Below, piece by piece: positions 39,154 through 47,055 of a stretch of DNA of 64,000 nucleotides. The stretch covers positions 3,189-67,188 of the forward strand of contig JABIHN010000040.1 of NCBI GenBank assembly GCA_018649625.1. The letters are read 5' to 3'. Source of the DNA: Fidelibacterota bacterium. GTDB lineage: Bacteria > Fidelibacterota > Marinisomatia > Marinisomatales > UBA1611. A program made the translations under genes and the position numbers. The notes below the pieces were generated by a model. The model made no database searches, had not been told where the DNA came from, and saw only the letters and a program-made list of their open reading frames with translations. Each line of letters begins with the position of its first letter. Within the stretch, counting starts at the first letter, position 1.

Positions 39154-40430
39154 GGTGCTCTCATGGGTCTGGATAAAAGTCGATTTGCTTCTGGATCGTT
39201 AGGGAAAATTTCTTTGTCCGGATCCCAAGTGAGTTTTCGTCCAGTCGTGATAGCGATTTCACCCAAATTGGGAACAGAAGTGGACCGATGCCCAACTTCA
39301 CATGGCGTAATCGTTTCTTTTCGAGATCGGATGCAATCTGCAAAATTTTGGTAATGATCTTTGCTGTCGTACAGATGAATCTCGTTGGGAGCAATCCATT
39401 CTTGTAATATGCTGGACGGTTCTGCTGAAATCTGTCCCCGACTTACATTCACCCAACCTTTATCTCCATACCAAGTAGCACCGCCTTTATTGCCACGATT
39501 AGCAACATTCAAATGAATTCCATTTTTATATTTATAATTCAGATTAAAATCGATTGGCACATTAAACATGCCTTCTTTTGGAATCGTGCCCGTGCCTTCC
39601 ACTTCCACAGGACCAGAACGATCTTCTCCCAAGCCCCACTGGGCGATATCAATATGATGGACACCCCAATCGGTCAGTCCGCCAAAACTATAATCCTGAA
39701 TGTAGCGCCAGCTATAATGGGCAATTTTCCGATAAGGAACTTTCGGTGCCGGTCCCAGCCAGAAATTCCAGTCCAATCCGTCTGGTACTGGAACGATAGG
39801 GTGGGGTTCCATGGCTGCTTTTCCTGCAGGAATGCCTACGGTTACATGATGTACTTTTCCTATGCGTCCATTTTGGACTAATTCACAAGCCAATCGAAAC
39901 CGCTCATCAGAACGCTGTTGGGTCCCCGTTTGAAAAATAACATTATATTGCTCCACCGCATTGCATAAAGCTCGACCTTCTTGAATGGTTCGTGTCAGTG
40001 GCTTTTGACTATAAATATCCAAGCCAGATTTTGCAGCAGCAATAGCCGCAGTGGCGTGCCAATGATCGGGCGTCGCAATATGAACAGCATCTAAATCTGT
40101 TCGTTGGAGTAATTCCCTGAAATCAGAATACAAAGCACAATCTTCATTATCGTTCGTAGCATCTACTATACTTTTTCCTCGCATTAAGTTTGCACGATCT
40201 ACATCACAAACGGCCACGAAGTGAACACCATCTTTATGGATAAGATTGCGAAGATCCACACGACCTTGGCCACCCAAGCCAATGGATGCCATAATGATTC
40301 GGTCGCTTGGGGCAGTATGGCCATCTCGTCCTAAAGCTCGTGCAGAAATAAACATGGGTATTGCTGCAGCGCCTATTAAAGCGCTGGATGATTTAATAAA
40401 TTGCCGTCTGTTTATTTTTTTATCGTTCAT
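39141..40430 (-). CDS. Tat-exported Gfo/Idh/MocA-family oxidoreductase
   Basis: Twin-arginine signal NRRQFIKSSSALIGAAA; Rossmann MASIGLGGQG; YSQKPL motif. Overlaps the upstream gene by 11 nt and the downstream gene by 13 nt. Confidence 0.85.
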   Translation of the reverse strand: MNDKKINRRQFIKSSSALIGAAAIPMFISARALGRDGHTAPSDRIIMASIGLGGQGRVDLRNLIHKDGVHFVAVCDVDRANLMRGKSIVDATNDNEDCALYSDFRELLQRTDLDAVHIATPDHWHATAAIAAAKSGLDIYSQKPLTRTIQEGRALCNAVEQYNVIFQTGTQQRSDERFRLACELVQNGRIGKVHHVTVGIPAGKAAMEPHPIVPVPDGLDWNFWLGPAPKVPYRKIAHYSWRYIQDYSFGGLTDWGVHHIDIAQWGLGEDRSGPVEVEGTGTIPKEGMFNVPIDFNLNYKYKNGIHLNVANRGNKGGATWYGDKGWVNVSRGQISAEPSSILQEWIAPNEIHLYDSKDHYQNFADCIRSRKETITPCEVGHRSTSVPNLGEIAITTGRKLTWDPDKEIFPNDPEANRLLSRPMRAPWTI

Positions 40431-42693
40431 ATTTTACATTAGCAAGATGTCCACCGTCTATTCTTCGTAATCGAGCACAAGCGCCCCATCCGCCACCGCC
40501 TTCATTGATAATTTTAAGTAGAAGTGTATTCCAGCCTTTGTTTAATTGTGCTTCAACTACATCATCGCCTGGCGTAACACCACGAGCTACGGAATGTAAA
40601 TGAACCATATCATCATTCATCCATGCTTTGATTCCGTCATTACTTCCCATTTCCAGCCGAACCGTCTGATCAATTTCCGACCAAACTTTTGTTTTAAGAT
40701 ATACCACAGCAACCAAACTTGTTTTCAGTCCAGTCAAATCTACATGCCAATAATTATTTGGATCTGAAAAAGCAGGTACTTTTCGCCATAAAGAATAAGC
40801 ATCCCTATCCTTTTCAGGTGCAAATTCTGTGGCATACATACTTTGTCCCGATATCATAAAAGGTTCAGACATGACCCATTCTGTAATATAATCTTCCAAC
40901 TTTTGAATATTATTAAGCACAGCCTGTGCAAGTTGGCTATGTTGATCGTTAGATGAATCGGTTATAATATTTTCAATAACGGCGCCACATTCATTGGGGT
41001 AAAGGGATTGAATATTATTGGCAATTGCGAGACAAGCTGCTTCTGCATGTTCGATTAATGCATTATCTTTAAGAAAATCCTCTGCTGTATAAAATGCTTC
41101 GATAGTTTTAATACCGTGTAATCCACGCAATGCTGCTTTAGTCTCATTTTCATTTTGGCAAGAAGAAAATACTTTTCCATACAATTTGATAGCTTCATCA
41201 ACAGGACGATAAAGTTCCACGCCAATCAGTTTTACGGCACCTTCGGCAGCCAATATTCGTTGATCGGGATCATTAGAAGATGCCAAGATATCCATTATGG
41301 AAGAAAGGGGCTGGTCGTCGTTCCAGCCTGATAAAGCAATGATGGCCGCTATTTGAACATCTGAAGATGGGTCGTTTAATAATGTTGTTAGTGTTTTTAA
41401 CGTTTCACTATCTTTGTGTTTCCCAAGAATACGAATAAAAGATAAACGCGCTTTCTGTTCTTTGGTTTTCTTGAGAGCATCTACCATTAATTTGATATCT
41501 ATTTTTGAAGAACTTGTCATCATTAACCCATTGATGGTTCCTTCTAATTCAGTCCGTTCTGAATCGGTTTTTGCGCTAACCAATAACTGAATGCAATCTT
41601 CCAAATAAGGTTTTGATGCTATGACTTTCAAAGTTTTTACCGCTTCTAAACGAACATTACCATTTTTATTTGTCGCTAATTTTAGAATGGTTTTGATGCT
41701 GTTATTAATCCGCCTTTCACCAACAGCACGAATAAATTCAACCTTTATATCGGAATTTCGATTGGATAGGCCGGATTGAATGGCGCTATCTATTTTTGAC
41801 CCATTCAAATTATATAAACTATTTTGTGCAACTATTTTTTCTTCACCATTACTTTTAGCAGCATGGGATGCCAAAATTTTCACAACTTTTGGGTCTGGTA
41901 TTTGTCCTGCTAAATCCAAGGCAACAAGTCGAATATTTTGATTCTTATTATTGATTGAAGAAAGAATAACTTTTTTGACGTTTGGTTCATTAGCGTAAGG
42001 ATGCAGGGATGATAATAATTGAATTTGTTCAGGATCGGAAAGAGAATGAAAATCGATTATGGAAGAAGCTACATTGACAAATTCCGTCAATTGAATATCC
42101 CGCCAGCGTACACGAACATTATCACCTGAATGGATTTGAAGTGCAATGGAACCTACACCTTTACCAATTTTCGGATCGTTCATATCAACCATTTTAATAC
42201 CATTGAGCCACGTTTGAACGCGGTCACCAATTACTTTTATGCGAAGTTTATTCCAGCTGCCTTGAGCTAAAACCGATTCTTTGCTCTCTGGGATTTTTTC
42301 TAGCCAACCGCGGCCGTATGATTCATAAATACCGCCTGTATCTTTTCCTTTAGGTGCCACTTCAACTTGCCAACCGGTTACTTTTGTACCTTCAAATGTG
42401 GACCGAAAAAATACACCGCTGTTTCCATCTGATTCCTGTTTAAAAAGAAGCGATAAATCAAAGTCTTTGTATTGTTTGATAGTGGAAAGATAACCGTATT
42501 CATGATCTGGACCACTTTCACACACTAATTCACCCATTTCAACATACCAGTTTTCTGTGCCGTGGACTTCCCATCCTTCTAGGTTTAATCCATTAAATAA
42601 ATTATTATTATGGATTGATTCATCCGGCAACTGGGAAGAGTAAACGAATCCAGGTATTAATATTGCAATTAATGATAGTTTCTTTAGCATCAC
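40420..42693 (-). CDS. DUF1080 (3-keto-disaccharide-hydrolase-like) domain + HEAT-like repeat region + 152-aa C-terminal recurrent module
   Basis: Signal peptide. DUF1080 pattern LFNGLNLEGWEVHG..W.VE.GELV...FDLSLLFK..SDGNSGVFFR...WQVEV...GGIYE...WNKLRIKV.GDRVQTWLNG...IALQIH. The HEAT region is paralogous to the gene at 35797. C-terminus WVMSEPF..VRLEMGSNDGIKAWMN..GGGGWGACARLRRIDGG. No CxxCH motif. Confidence 0.75.
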   Translation of the reverse strand: MMLKKLSLIAILIPGFVYSSQLPDESIHNNNLFNGLNLEGWEVHGTENWYVEMGELVCESGPDHEYGYLSTIKQYKDFDLSLLFKQESDGNSGVFFRSTFEGTKVTGWQVEVAPKGKDTGGIYESYGRGWLEKIPESKESVLAQGSWNKLRIKVIGDRVQTWLNGIKMVDMNDPKIGKGVGSIALQIHSGDNVRVRWRDIQLTEFVNVASSIIDFHSLSDPEQIQLLSSLHPYANEPNVKKVILSSINNKNQNIRLVALDLAGQIPDPKVVKILASHAAKSNGEEKIVAQNSLYNLNGSKIDSAIQSGLSNRNSDIKVEFIRAVGERRINNSIKTILKLATNKNGNVRLEAVKTLKVIASKPYLEDCIQLLVSAKTDSERTELEGTINGLMMTSSSKIDIKLMVDALKKTKEQKARLSFIRILGKHKDSETLKTLTTLLNDPSSDVQIAAIIALSGWNDDQPLSSIMDILASSNDPDQRILAAEGAVKLIGVELYRPVDEAIKLYGKVFSSCQNENETKAALRGLHGIKTIEAFYTAEDFLKDNALIEHAEAACLAIANNIQSLYPNECGAVIENIITDSSNDQHSQLAQAVLNNIQKLEDYITEWVMSEPFMISGQSMYATEFAPEKDRDAYSLWRKVPAFSDPNNYWHVDLTGLKTSLVAVVYLKTKVWSEIDQTVRLEMGSNDGIKAWMNDDMVHLHSVARGVTPGDDVVEAQLNKGWNTLLLKIINEGGGGWGACARLRRIDGGHLANVKYER

Positions 42694-42705
42694 TTTTTAC
42701 TCCAT

Positions 42706-43548
42706 TTAATTGTTTTTCAGTACTTCAAAACTTAACCAGTTTACAAATTCACATTGACGAATATCACTTTTTATTAAATCATCATCGATCCCAGCCATCC
42801 AACGTAAATCTTTACGAGATGGGTCATTCGCAATTAATTCGAGTGTATTGGTATAACTCACCATATCATCATGAGAATTAAAATAACCTTCGGATGTGAG
42901 TTTTTCTTCACGAGCGACAATGAGTCTTGCCATCTCTTTTAAATCATATTCTGGATGGTATTGAACTGCCCAAAATGATCCATTCTTATAGTTCACTTCC
43001 ACAGCCTGGACAGAAGTAAAATCGTTGGAAGCTAATACCACCGCCCCTTTTGGCATTTCTGTAATTTCATCATCATGGCTGATAAATCCATCAAAAACTG
43101 GTGGTTTGTTATTATACATTGGATGGCTCTTCCCTGCTTCCGTTAAATAGATTTTTCTTGCGACACCCATTTCTCGTCCTTTTGGATGTTTTTCCACCTT
43201 TCCCCCTGCTACATGTACAGCTATTTGTGCTGCCCAACAACTTCCGAATTGGGGAGTGCCTGATTCAAATCCTAAATCCGCAAGGGTAATCATACGTTGA
43301 ACGCGTTCATCTTGTTCATGATACACAGTCAAATTACATCCAGGCCATAGGATACCATCATAAAGTTTTAATTCTTCTAATGTAGGTAAAACTGTGCCTT
43401 CGTCACTTGTGTATAAAATATTTGATTCCGCATTGGGTAAATGAGAATGAAGCATTTTTTGGTATAGTTTTCCGGCTAACATCATACCAACGCCATCAAA
43501 TTGATCACGACTTTCTTTTGAATATCCGTCTAAAATGAGAAATTTCAT
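42706..43548 (-). CDS. Class I glutamine amidotransferase-like protein
   Basis: Nucleophile-elbow context FGSCWAAQIA and His/Glu context AVQYHPEYD; 280 aa. Confidence 0.65.
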   Translation of the reverse strand: MKFLILDGYSKESRDQFDGVGMMLAGKLYQKMLHSHLPNAESNILYTSDEGTVLPTLEELKLYDGILWPGCNLTVYHEQDERVQRMITLADLGFESGTPQFGSCWAAQIAVHVAGGKVEKHPKGREMGVARKIYLTEAGKSHPMYNNKPPVFDGFISHDDEITEMPKGAVVLASNDFTSVQAVEVNYKNGSFWAVQYHPEYDLKEMARLIVAREEKLTSEGYFNSHDDMVSYTNTLELIANDPSRKDLRWMAGIDDDLIKSDIRQCEFVNWLSFEVLKNN

Positions 43549-44301
43549 TTATGTGTTTTTCAACTCCTCTAATATATTTGGCAATTCAGAATAATCATTA
43601 AATTTGTCGTCTGCTTTTGTATTTGTGCTATCTCGATCAACTGCAGCCGTACATAAAATAGCCTTCATACCAAATGCATGTGGACCGGTAATATCATTGT
43701 GCTCACGATCCCCAATGTGAACTATTTCCTTGGGTAGAAGGTTAAGACCATTCCATGCATGTTGGAACATAGATTTGTGTGGCTTTGAATGACCTACTTC
43801 ATCAGAAAATGCAAATATTTCAAAATAATTTAGAATTCCTTCATCTTTCAATAATTGACGTAGTACACGGCCAGGACTAAAAATAGCATCAGAAATAACG
43901 CCTAATTGATAAACTTTTGATAATTTCGTTATTGCATCATGAATTCCAGGAATAAAATCAGGTCTAAACTCTAATTCCATTTCTTCATGAGCACGAACCA
44001 ATTCATTCATGTCCTGTTCAGAAAGGTTCACATTTAATTTATTTAAAATACGACTCAACCGATGATGTACGGGCCATGTAATATGTTCATTATGCCATAC
44101 TTCCTTAAACTCTTTATCCGCATTGTCATAGGATTGACTAATTATTTCTAAAGACAGATTCGTTTGTTTTGACACGAATGAATGTATCAACTGTCGCCTC
44201 TCAATGGCTTTTGAAGGTCGGCCTGCTTTTGCACGTTTGGTCTCATCTGAATCATCAATAAATACAGTATCCCATAAATCAAATGTAATGCCTTTAATCA
44301 T
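43549..44301 (-). CDS. HAD-superfamily hydrolase (subfamily IA-like)
   Basis: Motif I ITFDLWDTVF; motif IV HIGDREHNDI; directly abuts the downstream gene. Confidence 0.75.
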   Translation of the reverse strand: MIKGITFDLWDTVFIDDSDETKRAKAGRPSKAIERRQLIHSFVSKQTNLSLEIISQSYDNADKEFKEVWHNEHITWPVHHRLSRILNKLNVNLSEQDMNELVRAHEEMELEFRPDFIPGIHDAITKLSKVYQLGVISDAIFSPGRVLRQLLKDEGILNYFEIFAFSDEVGHSKPHKSMFQHAWNGLNLLPKEIVHIGDREHNDITGPHAFGMKAILCTAAVDRDSTNTKADDKFNDYSELPNILEELKNT

Positions 44302-44318
44302 TTTCCATTTCTCATTTT

Positions 44319-44396
44319 AGCCACAAAGAGCACGGAGATCCACAAAGAAAAAATATGTCATCTTATTCTTCGTGTTCCTTGGTGTACTTGGTGGCT
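44319..44396. repeat. Inverted pair of the stop-proximal CACNAAG-type element
   Basis: AGCCACAAAGAGCACGGAGATCCACAAAGAA (44319-44349, plus strand) faces 44366-44396, whose reverse complement is AGCCACCAAGTACACCAAGGAACACGAAGAA. The spacer is 16 nt. On the minus strand the element starts 5 nt after the stop of the 44402-45553 gene (6 nt counting the stop's last base). Confidence 0.65.
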
Positions 44397-44401
44397 CATT
44401 T

Positions 44402-45553
44402 TTAAATAAGTCTTTCTAAAATACGAACAATATCACCACTCTGTACTTTTCTTGAATTGGTAGGACACGTAGGATCAGATAAAGCATATGTCTCAATTTT
44501 CTCCAAATCAGTTTTATCTATATTAAATGATTTTAGGTCGGTCGGGAGTTTTAGTCTATTTAGCCAACTTTCTATTATATCAAGAATGATGCCAGCATCA
44601 TTCTTAACTCCAAAAATTGAGCCGAGAGATTCAAATCGTTTTCTAGATTTATTATCTTCAATATTGTATTTTGTTGTTCCAATTAATAAAGCCGCATTTG
44701 CAAGTCCATGATGAATATCATAATAAACACCTAACGCATGGGCGATGGAATGATTTACACCCAGACCTTTTTGAAAAGCAGTTGCTCCGATGGATGAACC
44801 CATAAGCATATTCCCTCGAGCTGAAATATCTTGGCCATTTTCGACAGCTTTTTCAAGGTTTTCAAAACATAAGGCCATCCCTTTTAACGCAATACCATCA
44901 GCAAAAGGATGAAATGCATCAACCCAATATGCTTCTAAATTATGAACAAATGCATCTACACCCGTGGCTGCTGTTAATCCTGGCGGTAAACCAACAGTTA
45001 ATTCTGGATCAAGAATGGCAATATCAGGCAGCATATATGGAGAAAATATGATGGTCTTTTTGTTTGTAGCTTTCACTGTAATTACGCTACTTCGTCCCAC
45101 TTCACTACCCGTGCCTGCCGTTGTTGGTATCGCATAAAAAGGCGGCATGGTATTTTGTATAAGTTTATCTCCACCTAAGGTATCATCATATTGTTCTAAG
45201 GGTCCGTCATGGGTTGCCATTACCTTAATTGTTTTTCCTACATCCATAGGGGAGCCACCACCAAGAGCAACAATGAACTGGGCGCCACTTGCTTTATATA
45301 AATTAGTTCCATTATACACATTGTTACAGGTTGGGTTTGATTTCACATCGTTAAAGGTAATCAGCTCAATTCCAGATTCATAGAATACTTGTCGAATTTT
45401 TTTTGGTATTCCAGTGGATTCCAATCCTTGGTCTGTTACTAAAAGTCCTTTCGTAAATCCAGTTTCTTTTACCATGAGTGGTAATTCCTGCGCCACACCC
45501 GGTCCATATTCTACACGGGTGGGGTAAAAATAGCTGTGTCGTTGATTTGGCAT
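44402..45553 (-). CDS. Iron-containing (group III) alcohol dehydrogenase, FucO-like length and layout
   Basis: Motifs GGGSPMDVGK, IPTTAGTGSE and metal-His region NHSIAHALGVYYDIHHGLANA; 383 aa. Confidence 0.85.
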   Translation of the reverse strand: MPNQRHSYFYPTRVEYGPGVAQELPLMVKETGFTKGLLVTDQGLESTGIPKKIRQVFYESGIELITFNDVKSNPTCNNVYNGTNLYKASGAQFIVALGGGSPMDVGKTIKVMATHDGPLEQYDDTLGGDKLIQNTMPPFYAIPTTAGTGSEVGRSSVITVKATNKKTIIFSPYMLPDIAILDPELTVGLPPGLTAATGVDAFVHNLEAYWVDAFHPFADGIALKGMALCFENLEKAVENGQDISARGNMLMGSSIGATAFQKGLGVNHSIAHALGVYYDIHHGLANAALLIGTTKYNIEDNKSRKRFESLGSIFGVKNDAGIILDIIESWLNRLKLPTDLKSFNIDKTDLEKIETYALSDPTCPTNSRKVQSGDIVRILERLI

Positions 45554-45619
45554 AATATTATATCATCGCCATATAAAGTGTGCTTCGCTAAAACTGACAA
45601 AAGATATTGTTTTTATTTT

Positions 45620-45650
45620 ATCTTCGTGTTTCTTGGCGCTCTTTGTGGCT
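45620..45650 (-). repeat. Single copy of the stop-proximal CACNAAG-type element
   Basis: The minus strand reads AGCCACAAAGAGCGCCAAGAAACACGAAGAT, starting 7 nt after the stop of the 45658-47055 gene. Confidence 0.55.
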
Positions 45651-45657
45651 GATTTTT

Positions 45658-47055
45658 TCATTTAGTGTTATTTCTTAAGTGATACGATTTGGGGCGAGTT
45701 AATTGTTCAAACCCAACTTGAGATAAGGAGCAACCACGACCAGAATCTTTCACGCCAACCCAAGATAAATATGGATCCAAATAATCGCATCGATTCATGA
45801 AACATGTTCCCGTTTCAATTTGATTTGCTATGGTTATGGATTCATCTTCATTTTCTGACCAAATGGATGCAGTCAACCCAAAAGGACTGTCATTCATAAG
45901 GTGAATAGCTTCTGCATCATTTTTTACAGGCATTATACCCACAACAGGGCCAAATGATTCTTCCATCATGACACCCATATTATGATTTACATTGATTAAA
46001 ACTTGCGGGGGAATATAATGGGGTCCTAATTCTTGTCCTTCAAATTGGTCCCAATCGATTAATGTTTTTGCGCCAGAAGACTTGGCTTGTTCTATATGGT
46101 TTTTCACCAAATTGACGCCACTTAATTTTGCCATGGGGCCCAACGTTGTTGCCTGTTCTAATGGATTTCCCAATATATATTGATTTGTTAAGTCAACAAA
46201 GCCATCAACAAAAGAAGAAAAATGGTTTTCGTGAACATAAATGCGCTCAATTCCACAGCAGGATTGCCCCGAATTGAAGAATGCACCATCCACTAAATTT
46301 TCAATAGCGAAATCTAAATTGGCATCTGACCTAACATAAGCAGGGTCTTTCCCACCAAGTTCAAGTCCCACGCCAATGAATCTTTCAGATGCAATTTTTT
46401 GAATCGTATGTCCCCCGGAAACAGAACCTGTAAATGCAACAAAATCAATTCGATTATCTTTTACAACTTTAGCTGTAGAATCATGTGTTAGGTGCAAAAA
46501 TTGAAATAATCCATCTGGGAGTCCCGCCTTTTTAAAGGCTTCATAAAAACGTTCTGCGCATAAAGGTGTTTGGGCTGAATGTTTTAGGATAACGGCATTC
46601 CCTGCCAATAAAGCAGGCACAACAGTATTTGCCGCTATCAAATATGGGTAATTCCATGCCGGAACCACAAAAATTATACCCAATGGTTCTCGACGGATAA
46701 ATCGATTAAATCCACCTTTTTTTTCAATTTGAATATCTTGGAGTGCATTTTCAGCTAAATCGATCATACCCAATGCTCGTTCTTCTGTTCCACTGATTTC
46801 TCCTGGAGCATATTGAATGGGGCGACCCATTTGCCAGGATAATTCTTTTGATATGGTTTCAGAATTATCCGTAAATAATTTGACAAATAATTTCATAATT
46901 GTTTTACGATCATCTAAAGATGTTTGTCGCCAATCTCTTTGTGCTGTGACTGCTTGGGTTAAGATAGAATCAATTTGATTATTTGTATGATAAGGACGTT
47001 CAACGTATTTACTACCATCCACTGGAGAAACGACTTGAAGAATATTATTTGACAT
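45658..47055 (-). CDS. NAD(P)+-dependent aldehyde dehydrogenase
   Basis: ALDH motifs LELGGKDP and catalytic-Cys FFNSGQSCCGIERIYV. The start overlaps the upstream stop by 1 nt (TAATG). Confidence 0.9.
   Translation of the reverse strand: MSNNILQVVSPVDGSKYVERPYHTNNQIDSILTQAVTAQRDWRQTSLDDRKTIMKLFVKLFTDNSETISKELSWQMGRPIQYAPGEISGTEERALGMIDLAENALQDIQIEKKGGFNRFIRREPLGIIFVVPAWNYPYLIAANTVVPALLAGNAVILKHSAQTPLCAERFYEAFKKAGLPDGLFQFLHLTHDSTAKVVKDNRIDFVAFTGSVSGGHTIQKIASERFIGVGLELGGKDPAYVRSDANLDFAIENLVDGAFFNSGQSCCGIERIYVHENHFSSFVDGFVDLTNQYILGNPLEQATTLGPMAKLSGVNLVKNHIEQAKSSGAKTLIDWDQFEGQELGPHYIPPQVLINVNHNMGVMMEESFGPVVGIMPVKNDAEAIHLMNDSPFGLTASIWSENEDESITIANQIETGTCFMNRCDYLDPYLSWVGVKDSGRGCSLSQVGFEQLTRPKSYHLRNNTK

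Noticed and set aside
35797-42693. Cytochrome c or other haem-binding domains in the two HEAT-repeat proteins, as in PVC-type 'membrane-bound dehydrogenase' architectures.
   Set aside because: I scanned both translations for CxxCH and found none. The cysteines occur only in contexts such as LECGG, IECKS, VCESG and WG.CAR.
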